Position numbers and translations under genes: made by a program. The notes under the pieces are model-generated. The model ran no database searches. It was not told where the DNA came from and saw only the letters and a list, made by a program, of their open reading frames with translations. A stretch of 63,067 nucleotides of DNA, the filler included, from Octopus bimaculoides (taxonomy: Eukaryota): the NCBI RefSeq assembly GCF_001194135.2. It is 6 parts of 6 records of this genome, joined end to end, with 100 filler letters (N's around TTAATTAATTAA, not from the genome) between each part and the next. Parts side by side here need not be neighbours in the genome. Positions count along the whole stretch, not along the records: positions 1 to 19,448 come from NC_069006.1; 5 more parts are not named here. One strand, written 5' to 3'. This document shows positions 1 through 11,127 of the stretch, piece by piece. Numbering within the stretch: position 1 is the first letter of the stretch; the number at the start of each line of letters is the position of its first letter.

Positions 1-218
1 TGGAAATCATTAGCTTATACACACACACACACACACACACATATAGATTTGATTTGATATAATAGTAAAATGTCCCTCTTAAATTACTCTGTTTTATCTA
101 ATCTATTTTCCCTTATCTGTTCCCTATACATCCAAAACTTTGTATTTTGGGATGCAAGGAATTGATTGCCTTTTATGTAATTATTATTCTTTTTAATTGG
201 ATTTTTTTTTTCCTGTAG

Positions 219-318
219 GTCGTGGTCGAGCAGAGGGTTTTGGTCAAAGACTGTCATACGATGATGGTGAAACAAGTAGTTTTACCCGGAATAGAAGTCG
301 AGAAAACTGGGATGATAG
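219..318 (+). CDS. GIGYF2: GIGYF coding exon (GRGRAEGFGQRLSYDDGETSSFTRNRSRENWDDR)
   Basis: Polypyrimidine tract + TAG acceptor at 216-218 and AG|GTAGGG donor. Phase 1 in, phase 2 out. Resembles the RGRG...GFYQRSFDE...RSQSWEER region of human GIGYF2 (from memory). Confidence 0.9.
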
Positions 319-622
319 GTAGGGTTTGATCTGCTTCAGCTTAAAAAATCTTTCTATTTCTCTTGTTAAACAAAGCACGGGTGGGGTGGGGGCATAGGAA
401 TGTTTGACTTGAAAAAGAGAGAATTGTCATAACTTGTATCTTGAAGTAATAATTAAAGCTCTCATATAACTCGTGTGTCTACATACTGTTCAGTAAAAAT
501 TTTTTTTTTTTTATAAATAAATCTATATTGAATAAATTGTCATCTCATTTCTTACCATCTTTAATGATCAGTGATAGATAAATAATCTATAGAAAATGTA
601 GTTTCCCTTTTTTTGCTCACAG

Positions 623-780
623 ACGGTATGAACGTAGTTATTCAGCTAGAAGTTTTGAGGACTGTGCCCATCCAGCTAAAGAATATTCCAGATCATTCAG
701 CAATGAGAATTGGCGTGATAAAAAATCACTAGATGATGATGAAGGTGATTGGAGAAAAGCTTGCTCTCGAGAACGATGGG
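623..780 (+). CDS. GIGYF2: GIGYF coding exon (RYERSYSARSFEDCAHPAKEYSRSFSNENWRDKKSLDDDEGDWRKACSRERWG)
   Basis: CAG acceptor, G|GTGAGT donor, phase 2 to 1. Resembles the RSESENWR...EDEDGGWR segment of GIGYF. Confidence 0.92.
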
Positions 781-1737
781 GTGAGTGTTGTTATGATGAT
801 TGTGGATATATATATATATATATGTGTGTTTATTCAAATAGTGAAGCTAATATTAATTACTAAATATTCAGTGCTGAGAAATATTAATCATAACTGCTAG
901 TTTTCTTTCATCATGGTTTGAGTTATCTAATTCCTGCTTACCACTCATAAACTGACATGTATTAGAGTATACACTCTTTCAACTTAATAGGCCCAGGCAT
1001 GGCTGTATGATTAAGGAAGTTGCTTTGGGTTTTGATCTACAACACAACAGTACCATGAGGAAGTTTCCTCACCCATAGCCTTGGATCAAGCATAGCCTTG
1101 TGTCTGAAAACTGTGAAATACTGTTAGAAGTTCAGTTCTTGTCCTTGGGTGGTAGGCTTCATCAGTCACTTGATTTAACTGCACTGTTTCTTGGATACTA
1201 TTAGCAGTGAATACTTTGTTTCAGGCATTTGAGCCAGGTTATAAAGTGTGAAGATAGTTTCTTCTCTTTCCATTAGCTTGAAGCTGTCACTGCTGCTCTT
1301 TGTCTTCTGAGGTCAGATCAGACATGGAGTTATATGTTGTTGCAGCAGCACATTGCTGTATTGACCATTTGTCGGTATACTCCTTGGTCTTCCTGGGCAA
1401 CCTGTTGGGTAGAGTCTCAGTCAGACTCCATCTCTGAAATAATACATCTGTCATGACCATGTGGAATGTGGTCAACCAATTCAAGTTGTCAACTCAGCTA
1501 GATCCTCAATGAAAAGAACAAATTGTCAAGTTGCAGGGAAATATTACCTTGCTTGGAAACAGGCGAGAGTTAGCAACAGAAAGGGTACCCAGCCACAGAA
1601 ATTGTATCTGATCCTTGCAAGCATGAAAAAGTGGAAGTTAAAACATTGACGATGTGGATGCATTTATTCCTTGGTCTGTTTTATATCCCTTTTTCTATGC
1701 AAGCATGTGTTAAGCAAATGTCATATATTAGTAACAT

Positions 1738-1940
1738 TAAGGCAGAATCATTGGCACACTGGGCAAAATGCTTAGCAACAATTCGTCTATCTTTATGTTC
1801 TGAGTTCAAATCCCGGCAAGGTTGACTTTGCTTCTCATCCTTTCAGGATCGATAAAATAAGTAGCAGTTGAGCACTGGGGTTGATGTAATAGACTTACCT
1901 CCTCCTCTGAAATTGCTGGCCTTGTGCCAAAATTTGAAGC
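1738..1940 (+). mobile_element. tRNA-derived SINE (Meta-type core family)
   Basis: B-box-like GAGTTCAAATCCC followed by the GACTTTGC..TCATCCTTTCAGGATCGATAAAATAAGTA core, which recurs across the window. Ends are approximate. Confidence 0.75.
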
Positions 1941-2071
1941 CACTATTTATATTTATAAAGATATAGATTTCACTTGACACTGTTCTTCAGATTGGTATTC
2001 GTGTAAGTTTTCATTAATTGAAATGCTTTTAATTTGCATTGATTGGGATTAATTTTTCGTTTAACTATTAA

Positions 2072-2282
2072 CCGTTTAGCCTTCAGAATATTCTGCCGAA
2101 TGTGATGCATATTGTTTGAAAATGATAACACATCATCTTGTAACCTTGAGATTTCAATGATGTGATTGTTTATTTTCAGAATGACATTGTAGGGTGTGCA
2201 TGAGAGACCAAATCTGGCCAGTTTGAACATGACACCATGTAAAATATTTTGGCTGGATATGGTCAACTTAGATGCTAAAGGG
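2072..2282. mobile_element. piggyBac-type MITE (211 bp)
   Basis: TTAA at 2068-2071 and 2283-2286. Termini CCGTTTAGC and GCTAAAGGG are inverted. Confidence 0.75.
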
Positions 2283-2840
2283 TTAAACTAATTTCAGATA
2301 AAAGCTTGTCTTGCATCAATCTAAATTTAACCCTTGATAGACGCTTTGATGGTGTTCTGTTCATGCTTTGACAATCTTTGCTTTCTTTTTAATATTTAAC
2401 ATGGTGAGTTGGTTGCATTAATCTATTCCTGTGCTTGTGTGAGTTATCTCCTTAATTAGATTAAATAGAGCAGCGAACGACCATGACTTCGATTCATGCG
2501 TGCCATTTACATAGCACTGGCTTCGACCATGATGATTCATTGTTTACCCTTACTGTTTTCACCGTTTCTACTCCTATCCTATTTCCGTTACATTTCGTTG
2601 CTATTATGCAAAAGTGTCGCAAGTCCAAAATGTTGCCTTTTTCAGAAAATGAAAAAATAGTTTCACCATTCCATAGCAAAACTGTTGTTTTGAAATCTTT
2701 GATATCTTGGCATCTGAAGCAGCTGGAGTTATGATAGTTTGACCAAAAGAACTGGCTATTGCAAGCAAAAATAAATATTGATAAAAACGAATTTGGCCAA
2801 ATTTGGACATACAACAGTTTAACATAATAGCGATGATTTG

Positions 2841-2896
<56 letters not shown>

Positions 2897-3107
2897 CTCA
2901 GACTCTCTTTTTTCTTGCTATTCTGACTCTTCATCATTCTGCAATTCTCCTTTCCTGCCACATGTTCATCTTATGTCTTAGAATGCTTAAATCTATCTAG
3001 AATGTTTCAATCGTCCAACCCATGCTAGCATGGAAAGCGGACGTTAAACGATGATGATGATGATGATGATGATGATGATATGTTATCTTTCTTGTTTGAA
3101 AAATCAG

Positions 3108-3170
3108 TCATGCCTTTGGTTACTGAAGAAGACGATGACGGAGATTGGCGGAAGATGGGTCCACGTTGGG
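3108..3170 (+). CDS. GIGYF2: Putative 63-nt symmetric cassette exon of GIGYF (VMPLVTEEDDDGDWRKMGPRWG)
   Basis: CAG acceptor and consensus G|GTAAGT donor. Phase 1-1, open frame. The peptide repeats the end of the previous exon. Confidence 0.7.
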
Positions 3171-3430
3171 GTAAGTTATAGGCAAAGGGTTAAAGTATAT
3201 TTATTATGAAATAAATATTAGTAATGTTTTTCTCAACTTTTATTTTTTATTTCATAAAATTTGTGCTCCACGATACAAGCTAACAAAAAACACTTGGCAT
3301 TTATACAGTGTTCCCACTGTGTACTGCTTTGAGCTCTATCTCCACGTATCTATAGCCAGAATTTTCTTTCTTATCTCCACAGAGTCCCTACCTCTATAAG
3401 GTATCTATTTACATTAGCTGGGGATGCAAT

Positions 3431-3817
3431 TTGTTGTTGGCACTCCGTCGCTTACGACGTTGAGGGTTCCAGTTGATCCGATCAACGGAACAGCCTGCTC
3501 GTGAAATTAACGTGCAAGTGGCTGAGCACTCCACAGACATGTGTACCCTTAACGTAGTTCTCGGGGATATTCAGCATGACACAGTGTGACAAGGCTGACC
3601 CTTTGAATTACAGGCACAACAGAAACAGGAAGTAAGAGTGAGAGAAAGTTGTGGTGGAAGAGTACAGCAGGGTTCACCACCATCCCCTGCCGGAGCCTCG
3701 TGGAGCTTTAGGTGTTTTCGCTCAATAAACACTCACAACGCCCGGTCTGGGAATTGAAACCGCGATCCTATGACTGCGTGTCCACTGCCCTAACCACTGG
3801 GCCATTGCGCCTCTACA
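3431..3817 (-). mobile_element. Full-length tRNA-derived SINE with 10-bp target-site duplication
   Basis: GGGATGCAAT at 3421-3430 and 3818-3827. The minus strand begins with an A box (TGGCCCAGTGG) and B box (GGTTTCAATTCC) and ends in an (AAC)n tail. Confidence 0.88.
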
Positions 3818-4514
3818 GGGATGCAATGCTATGTTTTTAAGGGGATATTTAACATTGGTGTATCTAGCAATAGGCTTAAAAACTCAACAAGCTGCCTTTC
3901 CGTATTTAGGGAACAAAATTTACTGAAACCCTTCAAAATAGTTAACTTTGGACAGCATTATTTTTGTTATTGAATCATTAAAAAAAATTACAATTCATAT
4001 CGTAATTTAATAATTTTTGTGTGTTGGCATGAGATAACTGGCTTCATAAAGCATCTTTCGGCCTTGTTTGTTGCCACAGTTCGAGCAACTCCAATCCCAC
4101 TAACTATTTAACTATATTTCCCAACTATTTTTATATTTGTTTTATTTAACACTGATATTGTTTTCATGGTAAGTGATATTTGTGTTATCTCGTTTTTTTT
4201 TCTTGTTGCTATCTTTTTTTCCTCTTCTATACTTAGTGTTCTTCTGAACTGCATCTGCTTAGAAATTCCAGAAACAAACCCTGGGTCTCTCTTATTTCAC
4301 ACAGATTATTTTCATTTCAACCTCTCTCTTTGTTTACTATTTTTTGAAGTCTTGGGAAACCACAAACTATTCACTTGTATATTCAGTGGCTTCTTCATAT
4401 ACTTGTCCATAATTAGTTCGCTTTTAATAAGAATTTAATTTGGTAGATCAACTGCATGCTTCTGTTCCAATATAATTTTTGCTATAAAATGTTTTGCGTT
4501 TATCTTGTCTTTAG

Positions 4515-4667
4515 CTTCTCAAAGATGGCGAGGTTTGGATTCTGAACGCACTAAAAGCACTACTGGTATAGGTTTCTTCAAAGACAGGCAACACACATTT
4601 GACCGTGACCGGGACAGACCAAGGAGCTTTCAGCGCAGCCGAAGCACTGAGATGTGGGATGATGTAG
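4515..4667 (+). CDS. GIGYF2: GIGYF coding exon (ASQRWRGLDSERT...RSFQRSRSTEMWDDV)
   Basis: TTTAG acceptor, AG|GTAAGG donor, phase 1-1. Joins in frame to DMPEW. Confidence 0.9.
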
Positions 4668-4914
4668 GTAAGGAAAAAAAACTGACAGAATTAATGGCAG
4701 TAAATTGCAAACAGTATGGTTGTTCTTTTGGTGAGCCTGGAGTAACCTAACCTGCTCTAGTTGGTATAGAGTTGCAAATTTAATTTAGTCATTAACATAG
4801 CAACTGAAATGGATATCTTTTGCTTTGAAATATTTCATCTAAATTCTAAAGACTAAGAAGAGGAGAAAAAATTTCAAGTTCTAATTTTGACCAATATTAT
4901 CTATAATATCCTTT

Positions 4915-5037
4915 CTACACAAGGCCTGAAATTTTGGAGAAGGAGGCTAGTTGATTACATTGACCCCAGTACTCAACTGGTATGTATTTTATTAACCCTC
5001 AAAAGAGAAGGAAGGCAAAGTTGACTTTGGCGGAAAG
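4915..5037 (-). mobile_element. SINE fragment, same family as 1738-1940, opposite orientation
   Basis: The reverse complement aligns by eye with 1820-1930. Confidence 0.7.
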
Positions 5038-5280
5038 CTTAAGAAAGGAAAACTTATTAGATAATTTGGCTCCATACATTGTGTTTGAAAAGGAGGGAGG
5101 AAAGAAAAAGAAAGTAATGGCAATGGCTGGAGCACCTTTGGTCTCCTGGGTCCCAAAACAACAGTGTTATCTTCTCAGTAAAATTATATTCAAATCAAAA
5201 AATGTGTGTATGGATGCAAACTCATAGTTTTTAAAGATGTGTATGGGACTTTTTATTTAATTTCCTTGTTTCTCGTTTAG

Positions 5281-5366
5281 ATATGCCTGAGTGGAGTGTT
5301 CCTAATGATGAAGATTACAATGAAACTGGTACATTTGACTCAAATGGGATTTTTGTTTCAAATAAA
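5281..5366 (+). CDS. GIGYF2: GIGYF coding exon with the DDX6/Me31B-binding motif (DMPEWSVPNDEDYNETGTFDSNGIFVSNK)
   Basis: TTTAG acceptor, AAA|GTGAGT donor. PEW...GTFDSxGxF matches the conserved GIGYF Me31B/DDX6-binding motif. Confidence 0.95.
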
Positions 5367-6114
5367 GTGAGTTTGTGCTTTTTTAATTATTGTAATATTC
5401 TTGTTTCTGTCGTCTGTCAGTTTTCTCAGGGTGTTAGCCAAGGGAGGTAATCACTCGAATGGAGACATGTAGAGAGAAGGGGAGGGAGAAGAGACAAAGA
5501 AGGAAATGGAAAGAGTGGACTCAGAGAGAAAAAACAGGAAAGAGAGAGAGAGAGAGAGAGACAGAGAGTGAGTGAGTGATTCAAATTGCAGGTTCAGTTG
5601 AAATGTTTCACATAATGAAACAATGTCATGATCTATAAATTTATGCATCAAAAGATATATTGATTGGTGGATTAAATTAAAGTGACATAACATTAGTTAG
5701 GAAATAGCTGTGGACATTATACTTCTTTTACATGTTCCAGACCAAAGGCTGTGGCCCTGCTGGAGCGCTGCTTTTTTTTTTTTCATTAGGTTTAAATGCT
5801 TATTGATATTACGAGAGCAGACAAATATATACATTTGTAGAAGGGAAAGTAGACATTGAAATATGTTGATTTATCCTGTTGAATTTCCATGGGATCTGCT
5901 ACTTATTGTTTTTCATTGTTTGTGTTTTGTTTTCCTTTCCAAAAGATTTTCTTTGTTTTGTTAAGCTGACCTCATCAAGTTTGCTTATTGCCATATCTCC
6001 CAGTGAGGTAGTGAAAATATTTTGGAATTGTTTATTCATGCTTTGCTTTTTCTCACAAGATCAGCACTCAGTCACTCATTTTCTTTATACAGTGGCTTTA
6101 TGTGTTTATATATA

Positions 6115-6177
<63 letters not shown>

Positions 6178-7702
6178 NNNNNNNNNNNNNNNNNNNNNNN
6201 NNNNNNNNNNNNNNNNNNNNNNNNNNNNNNNNNNNNNNNNNNNNNNNNNNNNNNNNNNNNNNNNNNNNNNNNNNNNNNNNNNNNNNNNNNNNNNNNNNNN
6301 NNNNNNNNNNNNNNNNNNNNNNNNNNNNNNNNNNNNNNNNNNNNNNNNNNNNNNNNNNNNNNNNNNNNNNNNNNNNNNNNNNNNNNNNNNNNNNNNNNNN
6401 NNNNNNNNNNNNNNNNNNNNNNNNNNNNNNNNNNNNNNNNNNNNNNNNNNNNNNNNNNNNNNNNNNNNNNNNNNNNNNNNNNNNNNNNNNNNNNNNNNNN
6501 NNNNNNNNNNNNNNNNNNNNNNNNNNNNNNNNNNNNNNNNNNNNNNNNNNNNNNNNNNNNNNNNNNNNNNNNNNNNNNNNNNNNNNNNNNNNNNNNNNNN
6601 NNNNNNNNNNNNNNNNNNNNNNNNNNNNNNNNNNNNNNNNNNNNNNNNNNNNNNNNNNNNNNNNNNNNNNNNNNNNNNNNNNNNNNNNNNNNNNNNNNNN
6701 NNNNNNNNNNNNNNNNNNNNNNNNNNNNNNNNNNNNNNNNNNNNNNNNNNNNNNNNNNNNNNNNNNNNNNNNNNNNNNNNNNNNNNNNNNNNNNNNNNNN
6801 NNNNNNNNNNNNNNNNNNNNNNNNNNNNNNNNNNNNNNNNNNNNNNNNNNNNNNNNNNNNNNNNNNNNNNNNNNNNNNNNNNNNNNNNNNNNNNNNNNNN
6901 NNNNNNNNNNNNNNNNNNNNNNNNNNNNNNNNNNNNNNNNNNNNNNNNNNNNNNNNNNNNNNNNNNNNNNNNNNNNNNNNNNNNNNNNNNNNNNNNNNNN
7001 NNNNNNNNNNNNNNNNNNNNNNNNNNNNNNNNNNNNNNNNNNNNNNNNNNNNNNNNNNNNNNNNNNNNNNNNNNNNNNNNNNNNNNNNNNNNNNNNNNNN
7101 NNNNNNNNNNNNNNNNNNNNNNNNNNNNNNNNNNNNNNNNNNGTGTGTTTACATCCCCGTAACTTAGCGGTTCGGCAAAAGAGACCGATAGAATAAGTAC
7201 TAGGCTTCCAAACTATAAGTCCTGGGGTCGATTTTCTCGACTAAAGGCGGTGCTCCAGTATGGCCACAGTCAAAAATGACTGAAACAAGTAAAAGAGTAA
7301 AAGAGAGAAAGAGTATGCCATCTCTAAGGCTTTGTTAAAGATTGAAATGCAAAAAGACAAAGTCTTAGAAAAGAATTGAGCGAAGAACACAGAACAAGGT
7401 CTAAGGTCATCAGTGTGGTATGTTATTGACTGAAATCATTTCATCACTTCAAACCCTGTGACTTATTTCCTATTACAATCTGCTAACACAGAGGCAATGA
7501 TGAATGACTGAGACCTTTGGGATGAAGCTGTGTTTGAGAAGAAGACCCATCAAACCACCCATTTGTTTCCCGGCCACTAAACATTCTGAACAATTGTATC
7601 CCCCTGCAAATAAAGTCATAGGTAACAGAAGCTATTGACAACTTCTAGTAAGCCAGCTGGGAATTTAAAAGAATCTATTTTCATAAAAGCAAGGTGCTAC
7701 AT

Positions 7703-8225
7703 AAAAAGCACCCAATATACTCTGTAAAGTGGTTGGCATTATGAAGGGCATCCAGCCACAGAAACCAAGCCAAAACAGATTATTGAGGCTGTTACGGCCC
7801 CTGGCCATGCCAGCTCCTGTCAAGCCATCCAACCCATACCAGCTTGGAAAACAGATGATGGTCATAAATACATCTTAAATTGCATTTAATCCATATTTTT
7901 GCTGATTAAGGCATGGTAAACATTTATCCATGGGGATTCCCTATGTGCAAATATTTAACAACTTTGCTTCAAGCATAAGAGTATCATCAATAGCTTATTC
8001 TCATCATCATCATTTAACGTCCGTTGTCCATGCTGGCATGGGTTGGACAGTTTGACCAAGGTTAGCAAGCTGGAAGACTGCAGCAGACACCAGCCTGATC
8101 TGGCATGGTTTCTATGGCTGGATGCCCTTCCTAATGCCAACCACTCCGAAAGTGTAATGGGTGCTTTTGCATACCACTGGCACAGGTGCCATCTGTGTGG
8201 CACCAGTATCTGCCACGACTGTGAT
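7703..8225. mobile_element. Two tail-to-tail copies of an RTE-tail-like SINE family (+ at 7703-7860, - at 8003-8225)
   Basis: Both carry the GGTTGGCATTAGGAAGGGCATCCAGCC and CCAACCCATGCCAGCATGG motifs in opposite orientations, with a (GAT)n tail. Confidence 0.75.
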
Positions 8226-8644
8226 TTTACTGAGAGAGAAACTAGGTTTAAGAGAAACCCATCAAATGGTTCTGTTTCTTTTTCTTCCTTTTTTTCATTT
8301 TATTCAGTGTCAAATCCTCTGTCTGTTCCACTTATTAACTTACAGTTTCTTTTCCTTTCATTTGCTACTGGTTTTGTCCTGATGTCCATTAGACATGCGC
8401 ACACATGCACTTGTGCTTGCTTAATGCGCAAGACTGATTTTATAATTTATAGATTGGGAGTAGATAGATGGTTAAGTTGTTTTTAGTAATTATTAACTAT
8501 TATGAGTTTCATATTTAGTTGGTGTAGCTTTACTTTTCTTCCACTTTTTAACCTGTCCTAAAGTTGGTGTAAGTACATGAAATGTAACAGGAAAAAATGT
8601 TCTGGATGTTTTATTTCACTTTTTTTTCTCTCTGTCTTCCCTAG

Positions 8645-9040
8645 GCTGATACAAGGAAGGTTCCATTGGAGAATCAGTCTGTTAAAAGTTCAAGCGAGCC
8701 AGTGGAAGCAGTCATCAGTATAAGTGAAGAAGCTAAGAAACTGCGAACTAGTCCCATTGTAAATAGTGTACAGAAATCACCCAGCAAAACAGCACACTCT
8801 GCTGTGAACATGAATCCTCCATCACCGGCCTCAGATCCTGTGTCCCTGAAGAACAAAGTCATAGTGGCTGTGCCACCCATGTTAACAAAAAACTGCTCCA
8901 TGATAGATTCTGATGTCATGTGCCCTCCACATTTAGATGCAATATCTAAAGACAATAATTCTGGTGCTATCTCTGATGAAGATACCCTGGACAGGCTGAA
9001 AAAGACTGCAGAAAACATTGTTGCTGATGTTACAAAGGAA
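8645..9040 (+). CDS. GIGYF2: GIGYF coding exon, low-complexity linker (ADTRKVPLENQ...LDRLKKTAENIVADVTKE)
   Basis: CCTAG acceptor, GAA|GTAAGA donor. 132 open codons, phase 0-0. Confidence 0.88.
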
Positions 9041-9314
9041 GTAAGATTGCAGTTTTGGATATTATTTACTTTGTCTTATATTGTTTTGTTAATTACTATC
9101 TGTAAAATTATGTGAGAACATTGAGTCCTGTGTTCATAACTATTAGCCTATAGACAAACAACTTAATTTATTATAAAAATGTAGGTAAAACAACTTTATT
9201 ACAGGTGTAAAATACATCTGTGATTGAATATTGATTCCTGGAAATTATGGATAACAACAGTCTTAACACTTCAGAAGTTATTTTAATACAAGGAAGGCTC
9301 TATTGTCTCAAAAC

Positions 9315-9478
9315 TTTCACTGTATTTTTACTTGAATAAAGGCAGGAAAGGCTTTATCTCACATTATCTCAAAGCTACGAGAATTCAATAATGTGATTTA
9401 TTTTTTTTCAGTGATATCATACATGGCCGGTTCAAACAAATAAAAGAATAATTTTTGGCCGGTCTAAGCTCTAAAGGG
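9315..9478. mobile_element. Relic right end of the piggyBac family found at 11128-12152
   Basis: Aligns with 11970-12152 (ACTTGAATAAAG...ATTATCTCAAAGCTA..AGAATTCAATAA...CTAAAGGGTT). Confidence 0.7.
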
Positions 9479-9595
9479 TTGAAGAGATAAATAATGGTGA
9501 TGAGGTCTAGTGGATGGATGTCTCTTACGTTTATATATATTGCATTTATCTCTTACCCACCACTATTCCTTATTTTCTGTCTTTTATTTTTTCAG

Positions 9596-9686
9596 GATGA
9601 AGAGCCAAAGAAGAGTGTGGAAACGCAAGTGGAGACCTCAAACCATGATGAATGGTTTTACCGAGATCCGCAGGGAGATGAACAAG
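9596..9686 (+). CDS. GIGYF2: GIGYF exon, start of GYF domain (DEEPKK...EWFYRDPQGDEQG)
   Basis: TTCAG acceptor. WFYRDPQG is the GYF domain start. The donor CAAG|GTTCAT is weak but is required by the phase of the next exon. Confidence 0.93.
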
Positions 9687-9904
9687 GTTCATATTTTTAC
9701 AGGCCCTTTTTGAAAATTTGTAATTATTAAAATATATGAACCATTAACGAGAATTATGTTAAAAGTATAAGTAAGTAATTCTGTGCTTTTCTTGAAATGC
9801 TCCTCAGGAATGCATGAATGTTATATTTGCATTATCTTCTATAAATGGTTGTGGTCTTGAGCTGAAGCCAGAAATTAGGAGGAGTGTCTCCTTAGGTAGG
9901 GTCA

Positions 9905-10244
9905 TCTTTTATCTTTTACTTGTTTCAGTCATTAGACTGTCGCCATGCTGGAGAATTGCCTTGCGTTTTTAGTCAGTGAATCAACCCACAGCACTTCTTT
10001 TTCTTAAGCCTGGTACTTATTCTGTTGGTCTCTTTTGCCAGACCACTAAGTGACAGGGATGTAAACAAACCAACAATGGTTGTCAAGCTGTGGTTGGGTA
10101 CAGAAACACACACACACACAATGGCTTCTTTTAGTTTTTGTCTACCAAATCCTCTTATGAAGATACACCCCATGTGGTGAGACTGAACCCAGAAGCATGT
10201 GGTTGGGAAGCAAACTTTTTACCACACAGCCATGCCTGCACTGT

Positions 10245-10270
<26 letters not shown>
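9905..10270 (-). mobile_element. Two adjacent SINE copies
   Basis: Same motifs as the copies at 7143-7300, 40200-40590, 41320-41530 and 54665-55040. Confidence 0.7.
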
Positions 10271-10275
<5 letters not shown>

Positions 10276-10635
10276 TATATGATGGGCTTCTTTCAGTCCA
10301 AGTGCCACTTGTCAGTTGAAATCAATCGACTTATGTTGTTAACAACCTTCAGAAGAAGCATAGATGTTACAAAATCTAATTTCTTTTCCCTATAAATTTG
10401 AATTTGTGCCTAAACAAGAGCATTCAAAATTGTAATCTTTTAATTGTTTGTAACTTAATGAACAATCAAATTGTCAAATTTTGGATCGTTTCTCCAATGA
10501 TGAAATTGTCAACAATTTTTGTTTATTTATCAAAACATTTTTTAATTTCTTGTTATGTTTATAGTATTTTATATAAATACCTGTTTCTTATCTTTTGAAA
10601 TTGAGTGTTTTAAGTTATAAATTTTCCTTCTTCAG

Positions 10636-10737
10636 GGCCATTTTCCACAGAAGAGATGTCAGAGTGGTTTTCAGTTGGTTACTTTGCTATGAAACTCATG
10701 GTTAAAAGAAGCTGTGATGATTATTACCAACCTCTTG
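10636..10737 (+). CDS. GIGYF2: GIGYF exon, GYF domain core (GPFSTEEMSEWFSVGYFAMKLMVKRSCDDYYQPLG)
   Basis: GPF...M.EWF..GYF signature, canonical splice sites, phase 1-1. Confidence 0.97.
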
Positions 10738-11006
10738 GTAGGAACAATGAATTTTAAAAATATCTTTATTACTGTTTCTTTATTTTTCCCTTTTAGTTTG
10801 TTGTTTATGGTCAATCAGACTTGATATATGTAGAAGGCAGGGGCAAATAGTAAAAGTTTTGAACATTCAGTAAGGGATGCATAGTACAGAAGTGACTGCA
10901 GCTGAGATGCATTTTACTCTCCCATGCCATGGTTTTTCTGATATGCCAACAATATGCCAACAATATTGCAATCTGTTGTTACTTGAATATCCTCTTCTTT
11001 TTCCAG

Positions 11007-11071
11007 GTGAACTGGTAAAAAGATGTGGGAGGGTGCCTTTTCTTGCTGGGCCTCCTATCCCACCTTTCAAA
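11007..11071 (+). CDS. GIGYF2: GIGYF exon, end of GYF domain (GELVKRCGRVPFLAGPPIPPFK)
   Basis: CCAG acceptor, AAA|GTGAGT donor. GRVPF is conserved in GIGYF. Confidence 0.95.
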
Positions 11072-11127
11072 GTGAGTTATTTTCCTTTTCTGTTTTCTTA
11101 AATTTATGACTGAAAAATATCAATTAA

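Noticed and set aside
5879-7196. Long ORFs in the track that span N runs or microsatellites (also 15-16, 20-24, 31, 36.5, 38 and 52 kb)
   Set aside because: They are made of X, or of YI/HT/CV/poly-residue repeats from gaps and simple repeats.
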